Source: Monocercomonoides exilis PA203
Lineage: Eukaryota > Protista > Preaxostyla
Length of the DNA: 64,000 nucleotides
Direction of reading: 5' to 3'
NCBI GenBank assembly: GCA_001643675.2
Contig: LSRY02000024.1
Span: 1,240,001 to 1,304,000 of the forward strand
Below are positions 13,101 through 25,506 of this stretch, piece after piece. The notes beneath the pieces were generated by a model. That model had not been told where the DNA came from. It saw only the letters and a program-made list of their open reading frames with translations, and did not search any database. The translations under genes were made by a program, and so were the position numbers. Numbering within the stretch: the stretch's first letter is position 1; each line of letters begins with the position of its first letter.

Positions 13101-13757
13101 TTAGTGTTGCGCCATCATTACTACAAATTCACTATAATCAATTTGTCCATCTCCGTTGGTGTCTTAAAAAATAAAAGAATTAAAATTTGTCAGGAAATAA
13201 TATTAAATTATTGGAAAAGATAAAATCGCACCAGCTTCTTTAATCATTTCATCTATATCAGCTGCAGATAATTTCTCACCTTCTGCTTCAAGAACTGATT
13301 TAAGTTCTTCACGAGAAATAAACCCGTTTCCATCCTTATCAAAAGCTTTGAATGCGGCTTTCAGTTTCAATTCTTCCTCGCAATGTCCTTCTGCCATCGC
13401 CATCATAACCACAAATTCGTCGAAGTCAAGTACCCCATTTCCATCAGTATCCAAAAAGTCCATCATTTCCTGAAGTTCTTCGTCTGTTGGATGTTGATCA
13501 GCAGATTCCAAAACTTGATAGAAATTTGTGTTAACAAAAAAATACTGTTTGAAAAATCATACCATGGCGCAATTCTTTCACACAGATTGTATTACTGTGA
13601 TCAGTGTCAAACACACGGAAAGCAGTTCTAAAATTTTCAATTTGTTCTTCAGTGAAATATTTTGCCTTTAATTAAACGTTTCATAAAATAACAAGAATCA
13701 ATAAATTAATGATAAATGCATTTTTCAAATTTTATTGCTCAAAAAACACCAAACCAT
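13101..13757 (-). CDS. Calmodulin-like 4-EF-hand protein (~149 aa)
   Basis: Exons 13755-13757 (ATG only), 13563-13665, 13232-13513, 13101-13162. The spliced product begins [22 protein letters not shown] loops are [36 protein letters not shown] and [12 protein letters not shown]. Confidence 0.92.
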
Positions 13758-14012
13758 CAATTCTTTAAAAGAAAAATCCTATTTTGCCTTTTTATAGAAA
13801 TATTAAGGGCAAGTGAATGGTTATTATAATGGCTGTTGATTATTCACTTCTTAATAACTTACAAATGATAACTCTTTTGAAGTTCTGTCAGTTTTTTGTT
13901 AAAAAAACAGAAAAAAAAATGAAAAATAAGCTTCTTTTTTTAAAAAATTGATAATAGAAAACATAAAAATGCAAAAGACAAGTTCAATGAATCAATAATG
14001 CGATCTTTTGTT

Positions 14013-16227
14013 TCATTTCATTTTTTCTACTCTATATCTCTCCTTCTTTTTTGACATGCGCTTTGAAGAGAAAATAAAAGGAATCACAAGCACAGAATTG
14101 TTATGCACTTCGTTCAGCATCTTATACATTTTTCCACGCCGAATATTCCTCCGCTTTGAATTGAAAATCTTATCTTCATATCGAAGCCTCCTCTCATTCA
14201 CATCAACAACTCCTGCACGAACCTGTGCTGCATCCACTTTTGCTCGATCTTCCGTCCGAAGAACACGAAAAGGTAGATGCTCATCTTCATTGGCTGCTGA
14301 TAAATCAGAAAATGAGAAGAAATTGTGCTTTTGACACTCTTTCAGTTGAAAAGTGGTCAAATGATTGTCAGAAGGGCCTGTCTCAGAATTGCGAATAGAA
14401 AAATCTTCTTTTCGATTTAAAAAAGGATAAACAGAAAAATCATGAAATGAATGCAACAAAGAATTGCTTGTATATTTTTTGTGTTGTTTTCCATCAGAAT
14501 TTGTGTTCCTTTCCCCTAAACAATTGAACAGCCCATAAGCATCATTTGAAAAAGGCAATCTGAAAGAGGTGAAATTCTCACTGCATCCAAATGAAATATT
14601 TGGATCATCCGAAAATGACTTTGTGTCATCAATCATTTCTTCATCAAAACATGATTCACTTTCATCCAGCTCAAATTCTGCTGTTTTTGGAACGTGCAAA
14701 TCTTCAACGAAAGAATCACTGTGTCTGCTTGAAATATTCGTGCCTTTCTCAAATGGAATGTCTATTTCATTCAATTGCTGCCCCAAGGATTTGATGTCAG
14801 ATTCTTCTGATTTTCGAGATTCTTCGTGTTTCTCTCTGGATTTGCAGCTCAACTGCTTGAATCGCTCCAAATCGCTCATCTCTTTCATCTTCAGCTGTTT
14901 ATTCAATTTTTTCTCTTCCATTTCAATCTTCACTCGAATTTTGTCCAGTTCTTGTTCTTCCAGCCCCTTCTCAACAGCATTTAAGAATGCATCTTTCATC
15001 TCTTCCAAAGTGCTTTCCAATTGCTCTGAATTTTCATTTTGGTCAATCTTATCTTTTGACTCGGAATGGGACATGCATTCAACTTTAGCCCGTTCCCACA
15101 TTTTGCGTTCAATTTCGTTTGTGATCCAATCTTTCTCTATCCATTCTCCGAACATCTTGTAATACTGCTTTGCTTCATGTATTTGAAATTCAATAACATA
15201 TCTTTGCTTTTTATTCAGTTTTTTCTCAAATATGTCCTTAGCATTGTTATAATCATTTTCAAAATCTTCATTTTTATGGCAATCCGTTTTGCATGTTTCA
15301 TTCAATTCCTCATCTTCAACTTCTGAAGTTTGTTGATTCATCTGAGAGGCAAGTCTATCAGAGCCAAAATTCATAAGCTCTTTCTGAATTGTCATGTCCA
15401 TTTTTCTCCACCGTTTCAGCATGAACAATCGTTGAGCGTATGCGGTCATCGAAGACTTTCTGTTGCCTTCATCAAAATCAACGTCAACCGCAGAGCTTAG
15501 CATTTCTGTGGCATAAGATTTCCACCTCCATCTTCCTCCTCGTGCACTGTTCGGATTATCATTATCATCTTGCAAAAAGATGCTCAAGTGCTTTCTTTGT
15601 TCATCTCCATTGATAAAATCTTTTTCTGCGTGATATTCTTGGGTAGATTGTTGATTGATTCCCCCAGTCCCTTTTATTGGATCACAATATTCAGAAAGTT
15701 TGCTCAAATTCGAAGGGGGTTGCTCGTGTAAATTTTCTTTGGGAGAAAAATCGATCAACCCATTCAATTCACTCTTGCCATCAGACTGAAAGTCTATTGA
15801 AGAGCTTTTGAAATTCTTACAAAATTTTGTAGATAACGAAGTTGAATTGTATGGAGCTTCAGAATGATATTTCGAAGAAGAAGAATCAAAAAATTGTTTA
15901 CCGTTGTAACATTCTTTTTCGTTGCAACGAGTGTCATGCAAGGAAAATGGAATTGAAGATTTCTCGCTTTTCTCGAATGAAGAAACATTCTTCTTCACAT
16001 GAAAACTACTGTTTTGGTATTCAGGACGAATTTTATTTGTTGTGTAAAAAGAATTTTGTGAAGAAAACGATGCTTGTTGAATATATTGATTGCATAAACA
16101 GCTTTCAGCATTGAGACAACCAATCTTTTTCTAAGTTCAAGATAAAATGAGAAAATCACATAACAAAAATTGCAAATCAATAAACAAAAAAACTATATAC
16201 CAATTGTTCATTTAGATTTGAATCCAT
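14013..16227 (-). CDS. Hypothetical protein with charged coiled-coil core
   Basis: The 661-aa ORF stays open upstream to an AG acceptor at 16131. A plausible first exon is 16201-16227 (MDSNLNEQL|gt). No family recognised. Confidence 0.7.
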
Positions 16228-16857
16228 TTTGTTTTAAAATCAAATTATTATCCTCAAGTCAAACATTTGATTCTTTAAATATTAAGGGTCTTTAATGGAA
16301 AATGATGGATAATAAACTTTCGAAGAGTGAAATAGATATTCTTGATACGTTGTCTGAAAATTTCTTTTCCATTTTTTTTTTTTTTTTACAGATATTCTCA
16401 TCCTTCAACATTTTTTTTCCTATTTCATGTTTTTCAATAAAATAACAAGTTTCATTTAGAAAAAGATTGTCTTATCATTGAAACTTTCTCAGACGTTTTT
16501 TTCAAAAAAATTCAGATAAAGAATTTATGAGTTGTTAAACGTTAGAATTAATAAAAATTGGAAGATATTTTAATTTGTGAATTTGACCATTAACATACCA
16601 ATGGAACGAATAAATAGTTAAACAGGCATCGAATAACATTGAATTCTCAATAACATTTTCTATTTGTGAAATATCATCAACAACTTTTGATTGTAATTGT
16701 GATCAATAAATAACAAATATGTTATATACTAATTTATTTAAAATCAAATATTTGGCTCTGTTTTTTCAATAGAAAGTAAAATACTTGTTTGCTTGCATCA
16801 ATATATTTATGTGTGATATTTTTATTTTGTAGTGTTTGATTTAATGCTTTTTAAGAA

Positions 16858-19800
16858 ATGGAAAGAAAAGTTGATGAAAAGATGAAAAAAATGATTATAC
16901 AGGAACTTATAACAACAGAAAGAAGTTATGTTGACCAGCTTGAAACGTTAATTGAAGTATTCGAAAAACCTATGCAACAGAATATGAAAGATTTAAAGTT
17001 AACACAAAGAGACATTAGATTGTTGTTTTCTGATCTTGATATAATTTTTCAGACAAATAAAATTATCCTCAACGCATTTGAAAAATGCTTAAGGCACGAT
17101 GCAAAGGGCATTGGAAATGTTTTTCTATCACTAGGCAGTTATCTTCGAGTATATTCCCCGTTCATTAACAATTTGTCCAAAAGTCAAGAACTTACAAATT
17201 ATCTGATGGAACGAAATAAGAAATTTCGCACATTTATCACGGAACAAAAGCAAAATGCGAGATGCAAAGGTCTTCCATTTCACACTATGATTGCGTTGCC
17301 CGTCCAACGAATACCAAGATATGAGCTCCTTCTAAAGACTATTTTAGAAAATACGAGCAAACTTGATCCAGAACGAAAAAATCTTGAAAGTGCATTTGAT
17401 AAAATTAAAGGAATTACAGTGGGTGTGGAAGGTTCAAAGAAGTTGCGCGATCAGGAAGATCTCCTTATCAAAATATTTGGTTTTTCAGGAGGGAGAAAAT
17501 ATCCTCGTTCGCTTTCTGCAAAATCAGCAGACTACGAGCCAGTTCTTGGAGTCCCTGACCCAGAAAGGATTATCATTCCTTCAAGGAGGTTTTTATATCA
17601 GTGCAAAGCCCTTTATGCTCAGAAGAAGCTGAGCAGAGCAAACGGCTCTGGAGCTGGTGGTGCTGGTGCACCTGCTGTTCTGGCATTAGACAGCAGCTGT
17701 GCAATGTTTGCGCAGATTTATGTGCTTTCAGATGCGTTTGTGGTGGCCCAGCAGACAGGAAAGGGAAGGATCTTCAGAGAGCTTGTACCACTTCACTTCT
17801 TTGTCTCTGCATCTGTCTCGTCTTCTCCTTCGGTACCATCAGCACAGGCATACTCATCTGCTTCCTCACTTCTGATGCTGTCATCTCCTATTCCATCATC
17901 TTCTTCAGCATCGGCATCATCATCTTCCTCAGCCTCCTCATCAGGAGTGCAAATGTCTTCTTCTTCTAATCGTGATGTGAATGAAATCAGTGTTGTTCTG
18001 CTCCTTCCAGCCTCGTTCTCCACACGAAGGCCAGGCGGCTCGCATCAAATGAGCAAGTTTTTGCACACAACAGACGAAGATGTGGAAGAAGCGTGGATGA
18101 CCAGCCAGACGCTGCAGATGGAAGATTATGCCGCTCAGTTGAGAGAAGAGGAGGGAAAAGGAGGAAAGAAGAAGAATCGAAAGGAAAGGAAGAGGAGAAA
18201 TGAAAGAGGAAGAAGATCTTCGGAACAAATAAGCGATGATGAAAATGAGTCTGAATCGGAAGAAGAAGAAGATGATGAAGAAAGTTATTATTCAAATTCC
18301 TACATGGATTATGATGATGATGATTCTTTTGAATCAGATGAAGATGAGCAAATTGCAAAGAGAAGAAGCAGAAGATCACCACTTCCAAGAGCGTGGCAAA
18401 AAAGTCCACAAAACAGAAGAGGGAAGAGCAGAAGAAGAAGTAGAAGTGCTTCAGATGGAGCGTCTTCTGAAGGAGTGGAGCCTTTCATTCGATACACTTA
18501 CACATTCCACATTGACAGCAACGAAGATGCTTTTGAGTTGAAACAGCAGATCGACAGTGTTGGTGCTGATCTGCGCGAAAAAAGAGCACAAATAGCACTT
18601 TTCTCTCAATCAACACAGCAGCCGAAAGAAAAGACAGAAGACGCTGCTGCAAGTCGTCTGCAAGGATTCACTTCTTCTTCTTCTTCCTCTTCTTCTCAAA
18701 TTCCACTTTCACAGCAGCCAGTAGCATCAGAAGAAGCACAGCGTGCTTTGGGTGATCTGATCCGCTCTTTAAAAGCGAACGAGTCGCGTTTTGTGAAAGC
18801 GATGGACATTTTGATCAAATGCTTCGTTGAACCATCGAAGAGACTGGTCGAAAGAAGGCAAAAAGAAGCAGAGAAGCGAAAAGCTGCTGAAATGAAAAAG
18901 GCAAAGCAAAAATCCAAAGTACAAGGAAAGTCCAAAGCGAATGCTGCTTCAGGCGCATTCTCTTCATCAGGCTCAGCATCCGGTGGAGGAGGTGCATTTG
19001 ATACAGAAGACATCTCCTTTTCAGGCAGCACACCAGACGGACACACAAACAGCATCACCAGCGCTGGCTATCCGACGGAACTGGACGCATCTGCAGTTGC
19101 GCTGCTGTTCAGAGAGATTCCAGACATCCACAGGAATCACACGCAGCTTCTGCAGCTGATCGAAGACGAAGAAAAAGCACGCAAAGCGAAAATGATGAAT
19201 GAGCCCAGCGCGATGAAAAGAAAGAGCTCTTCAAAACTTTTCAGTTTCCACAAATCTTCTCATTCTTCTGCATCTCCATTATCATCATCATCTTCTTCTT
19301 CTTCTTCCCACAATCGTGTTGGGATAGGTGGAGTATTTCTTCAGTTTGTGCCGTTTCTGAAGATGCTGAGCAGCTATCTTGCGCGTCGGCCAGAGCGGCA
19401 GGAGCTGCTGGAGAGCATCACAGCGACAGACGTGGAGTTCAGACAGATTGTGGCAGGCGCCGAGGCGAAAGGGGCAGCCCACGACGAAGGCGTGACGCTG
19501 GAGCAGCTGTTGGAGATGCCTCTCTTCCGACTGGCGATCTACTCAGCACACATTGCAGCGATGTATCAGTGTGCAGAGAGGAGGAGAGAGGCGCGACAGA
19601 CAGAAACAAGAAGAGACTCGCTTGAGTCGATTGCAACAGTCAGCTCTGTCTCTGCTGCTGCTCAAGGGTTTGGGGGAGAAGAGCCAGAAGACGAGAAAAG
19701 CGAGAGAGAGTGTTTGGCACTTGCATCACAGCAGCTGAGTCAGGTGGCCTTCGACATCGACGAGAAGGTCAGGCGGAGTGAGGCGCAGCAGACGCTCCAT

Positions 19801-21063
19801 TCAATCTGCCTGTGGGCTCAATGCACTTCAGCAGAGAAAGAGCGCATTTTGCAGCCTTCGCGGTATTTCGTGTGTGAAGTGGCTGCGACAGAAATTGGAG
19901 TGTCGCGGACGATGGCTGAGCCGTTTGAGATTCGCCTGGCTGAGGAAAGGAGCAGAGGGAGGATTGTGACAGTGGGCGTGGGAGAAAGCAGAGATGTGGA
20001 TGGAGATGAAGGTTGGGGTGAGAATTATGAACAGGAATGTAGATCTTCTTCATCATCAATGCAGGCTTCTCTTCTTCTGTCTGCCAAATCGACTGTGATG
20101 TCCTTGGAACAAGCACTGAAACTGCGCCAAGAGAAGATCGGAAAGCGAAGGCTCATGGAAGTGACTGATGATGATGCATCCAATGAACAAAGTGGAGAAT
20201 TGGTGATCGATCCGACATCTTCTGCATTCACTTCATCCTCTTCTTCTCATTCTTCTTCTTCTTCTTCTTCTTCTCGCAACACCGCCACATCACAAACCAC
20301 ATCACAATCCATGACACCTTCTCTTCGCAAAGAAGCACTTCATTCATTGAGCACCCAATTTCCATATCCTCTCTCGCACTTTGCACTCACCCCACACCAA
20401 CTGGCATGGAAGCGCTGGAGCGACAAAAGAAGGAGGCAGCGCTGCCGGCGGATTGAGAAAGACACCATCCTCACCAAGCAAGGCGTGCCTGTCTGGCTGA
20501 TTGTGGCGAATGACTGTCTACTTGTGTTTGAGATGCAGAGCAGAGGGGAAAGGATGGGCATCAGACACGCAGTGGATCTGAGGAAGGTGGAGAGTGTGGA
20601 GGCAGAGGCAGTTGCAATCAATTTGGGTGAAGAGAGAGAAAGGCTGTTTGAGGCAGAGGAAAGTGAGGGAGGTTCTTGTGCTGATGAAGACAGCATGGCA
20701 GGCAGTGCTGTTGTTGGGAGAGAGCAGCCAAATTCACACAGACACCGACATACACACAGTAGAAGCAATTCAAAACTCCGTTTCCGACATTTGAGAAGCA
20801 AAAGAAGGGAATTAATTAAAGAAAAAGTTGTTGCGCTTGTTCTGAGAATAGCACTATTCCAAAAGAGAGATTCACAAACAAAGGAAAGTGCAGTCAATTC
20901 ATTGCCTCCTCCAACTTCCCCAACTTCATCTTCTTCTTCAAAGGCATTTCCTCCATTTGTTGAAGATTCTCTTTGGCTGTCCTTTGCCTTTGACTCAGCA
21001 GAAGCACTGTCTCAATTTCGTTCGCAGTTTCTTCGAACAATCGATGAGTGCATTCATCGATGA
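16858..21063 (+). CDS. RhoGEF with tandem DH(-PH) modules
   Basis: DH1: ELITTERSYVDQL, LFSDLDII, IGNVF, LPVQRIPRYELLLK. DH2: LKANESRFVKAM, LFREIPDIHRNH, IGGVFLQFVPFLK, LLEMPLFRL. PH-like strands YVLSDAFVV and LIVANDCLLV. Single 1401-aa ORF. Confidence 0.9.
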   Translation: MERKVDEKMKKMIIQELITTERSYVDQLETLIEVFEKPMQQNMKDLKLTQRDIRLLFSDLDIIFQTNKIILNAFEKCLRHDAKGIGNVFLSLGSYLRVYSPFINNLSKSQELTNYLMERNKKFRTFITEQKQNARCKGLPFHTMIALPVQRIPRYELLLKTILENTSKLDPERKNLESAFDKIKGITVGVEGSKKLRDQEDLLIKIFGFSGGRKYPRSLSAKSADYEPVLGVPDPERIIIPSRRFLYQCKALYAQKKLSRANGSGAGGAGAPAVLALDSSCAMFAQIYVLSDAFVVAQQTGKGRIFRELVPLHFFVSASVSSSPSVPSAQAYSSASSLLMLSSPIPSSSSASASSSSSASSSGVQMSSSSNRDVNEISVVLLLPASFSTRRPGGSHQMSKFLHTTDEDVEEAWMTSQTLQMEDYAAQLREEEGKGGKKKNRKERKRRNERGRRSSEQISDDENESESEEEEDDEESYYSNSYMDYDDDDSFESDEDEQIAKRRSRRSPLPRAWQKSPQNRRGKSRRRSRSASDGASSEGVEPFIRYTYTFHIDSNEDAFELKQQIDSVGADLREKRAQIALFSQSTQQPKEKTEDAAASRLQGFTSSSSSSSSQIPLSQQPVASEEAQRALGDLIRSLKANESRFVKAMDILIKCFVEPSKRLVERRQKEAEKRKAAEMKKAKQKSKVQGKSKANAASGAFSSSGSASGGGGAFDTEDISFSGSTPDGHTNSITSAGYPTELDASAVALLFREIPDIHRNHTQLLQLIEDEEKARKAKMMNEPSAMKRKSSSKLFSFHKSSHSSASPLSSSSSSSSSHNRVGIGGVFLQFVPFLKMLSSYLARRPERQELLESITATDVEFRQIVAGAEAKGAAHDEGVTLEQLLEMPLFRLAIYSAHIAAMYQCAERRREARQTETRRDSLESIATVSSVSAAAQGFGGEEPEDEKSERECLALASQQLSQVAFDIDEKVRRSEAQQTLHSICLWAQCTSAEKERILQPSRYFVCEVAATEIGVSRTMAEPFEIRLAEERSRGRIVTVGVGESRDVDGDEGWGENYEQECRSSSSSMQASLLLSAKSTVMSLEQALKLRQEKIGKRRLMEVTDDDASNEQSGELVIDPTSSAFTSSSSSHSSSSSSSSRNTATSQTTSQSMTPSLRKEALHSLSTQFPYPLSHFALTPHQLAWKRWSDKRRRQRCRRIEKDTILTKQGVPVWLIVANDCLLVFEMQSRGERMGIRHAVDLRKVESVEAEAVAINLGEERERLFEAEESEGGSCADEDSMAGSAVVGREQPNSHRHRHTHSRSNSKLRFRHLRSKRRELIKEKVVALVLRIALFQKRDSQTKESAVNSLPPPTSPTSSSSSKAFPPFVEDSLWLSFAFDSAEALSQFRSQFLRTIDECIHR

Positions 21064-21400
21064 ACATCAATTATTTATCTCTTTTTTAACGTTTTTTGTT
21101 CTTTGTTTCAAGTCAAAATGTAAACTTTTTTAGTCATATTTTATTGTTTTCTTATCAGTTTGCGTTCTTGTTTTTTTCTGTTCACTTTTGCGATTTTTAT
21201 AAAAAAAATAAAAAATGATATTTTCGTGAAATGCATTCTTTTAAAGAGTATCTCATTGAATTGAAAATACAATCTATTCTAATCATCATGTCAAATAACA
21301 GCGTTCCAGAATTATATGAACGATCTTTCATATTCAAAGCTTCAAAGATGCAATTGTCTATTGTCATAAATATTTGATCATAAAAAAGAAACTTTAAACT

Positions 21401-24400
21401 TCATTTAGCACTTTCTTCGTTTCCTGTGGTTGAGTTCGGTTGAGAATGTGCTTGCTTCACTTTGTTGAGTGAAATCTTCAGAATTAATGATTTTCTCTTT
21501 GGCTGGGGTTCTTTCTGAACTTCATTCTCTTCTTTTGGATGTGTGTCATTTTGTTGCATGATTTGTGTTTGTTTTGTTGGAGTTGAATGAGATGTCATTG
21601 ATAGCTGTTCAGGTGTCAGTGTTTGTGTTGGCTGTAATTGTGATATGTGAGAGTCATGTTGAATGGGAGTAAGTTCAGGTGTATCTGATTTGATGAATGT
21701 GGTTTTACCAAATGAAGAAGAAGAGGATGAAGCAGATGAAATAGATGCATTTGAAATGATTGAAGTGGAAGAAGTAGCAGAAGATGGACTTGATGATGCA
21801 TATGAGAATGAAGGTGAAGAAGAGGAAGAAGGCGAAGATGCAACTGGTGAAGAAGAAGAAGAAGAAGGCGATGATGATGGAGATAATGATGATGGAGAAG
21901 AATACATTGAAGAAGTTGTGAAAGGAGATGCAGAAGATGAAGAAGAAGGCATGCTCGATGAATCAGAAAGAGGAAGTGGAATTGTTTCTTGTTTTGTTTC
22001 CTGTGAAGTGTTTTGTCTGTTTGAAACGAACTGAGAAAATCGAATAATCGAATCTTGTGAAAGTGCCTGCTCATCTGCTTTAAAGTGAATGGGAGAGAAG
22101 GCAAATGAATTCACATTTTCAGTTTTATTTGCATGTTTTTCAGAAAGTTTATCGTTCGCCATCTCATTTTCTGCTTTTACCTGATTCTTTTCTTGCTTCT
22201 CTGAATCGTCTTTCTCCATCTGTCTTTCCTGATTCTCCATCTCCTGCTGCCTTAACCCATCCATGAACTTTCTGTGCTCTTCTGGGTGGAAGTAAATCAG
22301 AGGCACGCCAGCTGATGCCAAATGAGAATACAACTCTTCTCGATACAAGTTGACAGCTCGATCAATTTCGTTTTCTTCTTCCTTATCTTCTTCCTTTTCA
22401 TCATCATCATCTTCTTCTTCTTCTTCTTCCATTTTTGCTTCTGCTTTTGTCAAAGTTGTTGTTTTTGTTGATAATTCTTTTTTTGTAGGATCTTCTTTGA
22501 AAGAAGGAGAAAATGCTGTTTTGTGAACAACATCGTTGAATTCATCCAGCTGAGTGATGTATGAAGAGTGCATCTGACGCTTCTGCTTCCGATTCGAGTG
22601 CTCTTGTTTTTGTGAAGAAGAAGAAGATGATGATGATGTTGAAGATGATGATGAAGATTGTGATGACTCATCTGCTATCTTGGTATTTTCTGTGTTTTGT
22701 GTTGATTCATCAGAATCGGAGGATGAAAAGATTGTTGAAGAAAAACTGTTTTCGTCAAATGAGTTGAGCAAATCTTGATTCAACAAAAACTTTGGAACGG
22801 TTCCAAAAACAGAGTGAGTGATATTTTTGCTCATTTCATTGTTCGACTGAGCCGAAGAAGAAGACAAAGAAGACAGTAAATATTGTTTCTGATGCTTTTT
22901 ATATTTGTTGTGTGCTGAAATCATCGAAGAGAACACATCCATCGGCTCAACAGGAATTGTGCTTCTGAAACGTTTTAATCTTTCGAGTCGTTTAAGTCGA
23001 ATGGAAATCTATTCAAAAAATAATAGTAAAAGAAATGGATATTATTGAAACAATAAATGATCAGAAAAGGAATTGAATTCAAACATATATATACATACAT
23101 ATACATATACATACATATATATATTTAAGAAAAATATTATTTCGAAAATGCAGGGGAAAAAACAATTTAATTTGTAATTTATTTTTTCGAGAAAATTAAA
23201 AGAAAGGTCAATTAGGAACATACGCTTTTGTTCAGCTTGTTTATCTCTTCATGAATTTCCTTGTCTGTCAATGAACTCATCTTTCTCATTCTCAGAAACA
23301 CAGAAACATCATCTCTATAATTAACTTCTGCTTTCTTATTCTTTTCGTCTTTATGAGCATCATTTTGATTTTGCGCATTATTTTCATCTTCTCGGCTTGT
23401 ATTTTGTGGTGATTGATTCAAATGATCATTGCTGACTTTTGTGTGTAGAGAAGGATCTAACGAAGGAATGAAATAGGAATCTTCAAGTGGAACAGGCGAA
23501 GAGATATGAGAGAAAGGAATCTCAAAAGAAGAAGAAGAGGAGGAGGAGGAAGATGATGATGATAGAGAAGTTTTATTGGCCGATTGTAAAATTGAATTAG
23601 GATGTGGAGTGAATGGGAAAAGTGTTGTGACAAAAGAAGAAAGCATATGCTCTCCTCTTTCCATCGTCCATTTGGGCAAATAGTTCCTCAACTGCTCAGA
23701 ATCCTTTGACTTTTGCTTCAAAGCATCATCAGCTGCACTTTCAGACAAAGGATCTTCAAACGATGATGAAATTGAAGATTCTCTATTTGTTGGATCGCTT
23801 CCAATGAGTTCTCCACTTCTGTTCATTTTTGAGGGGAGGAAGTATTTACCCAAAGACAAATCATCCAGCAGAAGATAAGCAGAATCATCTCTATTTTCAT
23901 TGCTTCCTTCTTCTTCCTCTTTCTTCTTCTTCTTCCTTTTTTCTTCCTTTTCTCCTTCCTTCACTTCCTTTATCTCACTTCCTCCTTCGTTCCTTTTCCC
24001 ATCTTCTGCTTTCTTTTCATTCTCTTCGCATGTTTTTGTGTTGAATGCTTCCACATTTGTCTCTCCATTCTGTCCGTCTTTCCTTCTCATGCTCAAATTC
24101 TGTTGTTTATCTTCTCTTTTGTACATCAGAAGCAGATCATCTGGCATATGAGACGGAATCGGTGCTGTGATGGTTGTTTTGAATAATTGAACTATTTTTA
24201 TTCCCTTCTGCTGTTGAGGTGGAGGCGAAGAAGCTGGTAACGCTTGCTGATGGTGTTGTGCTTGTGGAGAAGACTGAGGTATCTGAATTGGCATTTGAGT
24301 CTGCATTTGTTGCTGCATTGGAGACTGAATTTGGCTCTGGAATTGTGGAAGAGCCTGTGGAAGTGTCGAAAGTTGTGGCTGAGGCTGCATTTGAGCGATT

Positions 24401-25506
24401 TGCTGCTGTTGCTGCTGATGAAGACTCGACTGGCGGGCAAACGTGGGAGACACCGCTGGATTAGTCGGAAATTGGATGCCTGCTGCTGCCTGTGCTGGCT
24501 GCAATTGCATTCTGTTCAGCTGGAACTGACTCGACAGATGCGCCGGGTGCGGAGGAGGAGAGGGAGAGAGTGTGCTTGCTGGATAAGTGGAAGCGGGTGA
24601 AAACATGTGCGGAGCTGGCATTCGATGAAAATTTGGGGAAAATGATCTTGCAAAGCATAGCGGAGAGTATGGAAGAAGATGGATTTTCAATCTGTTCAAG
24701 ATGCTATCAAATGGAATAACACAAGCATCGAACAGCTAATTTGACAAGAGGGAGTTACAAATTATAAAGAATGGCAGAAATATGATTTAAATTATTTGTT
24801 TTTTAATTTATTCAAGGAAAAAATGCTTTTAAACAAATTCAAATAATTATATTATTTTGCACACTTTTTGACTTTCTTTTCCAAGCCTTATCAGCCCAGT
24901 TCCTTGAATAAATTCTGATTCGCCGAGTAATTTCGTTGTTACACTTTCATAAATATCAGTTTCTGTACAGATTTTTATCCCCCCCAAATAATCTGACAGT
25001 TCTGGTGAAAGTAATTTTTGGCCTTTAGGTGTTTCGAAGTCCATCTGAACATCCAATCGAACTTTATCCATTCCAATTCGACCAACTGCAAATTCAATTG
25101 GAAGTGAACTATAGTTGATCTTTTCATGACCATTCAGAAGTGGATTGGACCAAATATGCAGTTCGTGTCCGGTGGAAATGCTGTAAGTTAAAAATTTTAA
25201 GGATTTAAAGAATAAGGTTATTGGAATCTCTGAATAACTTCCATCCTAAAAAATTGAATTGAAATGTTTCGATTTGTAAATTTTCAAAAAGCATACACAA
25301 GATGAAACTGTTCCAGAAATTTTGAGCAACCAATTTTGCGGAATATTGCTCGGAGCGCCTGAAAACTTGTTTATAGAATCAATAAATGTCTTGATAATAA
25401 AGAAATAATCAACATGTTAATAAAAGCATTCAATTAACATTAATAGCAAACGCGTAATGATACAATGTTTTGCAAATAAAACGTCATTTGAACATCGACA
25501 TTCCAT
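21401..25506 (-). CDS. SWIB-domain SWI/SNF subunit, SMARCD/BAF60/Swp73-like, with large low-complexity insertions
   Basis: Exons 25297-25389, 24865-25245, 23224-24735, 21401-23008; the first exon near 25439-25506 is unresolved. Blocks are colinear with BAF60: WLLKISG, FFKSL, VRLDVQMDF..LLSPELSDYLG, LFDACVIPFDSILNRLKIHLLP, EEINKLNKSI..EPMDVFSSMISAH, AVNLY. Confidence 0.7.
23084..23123. repeat. (ATAC)n/(AT)n microsatellite within an intron
   Basis: atatatatacatacatatacatatacatacatatatatat, inside intron 23009-23223. Confidence 0.85.
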
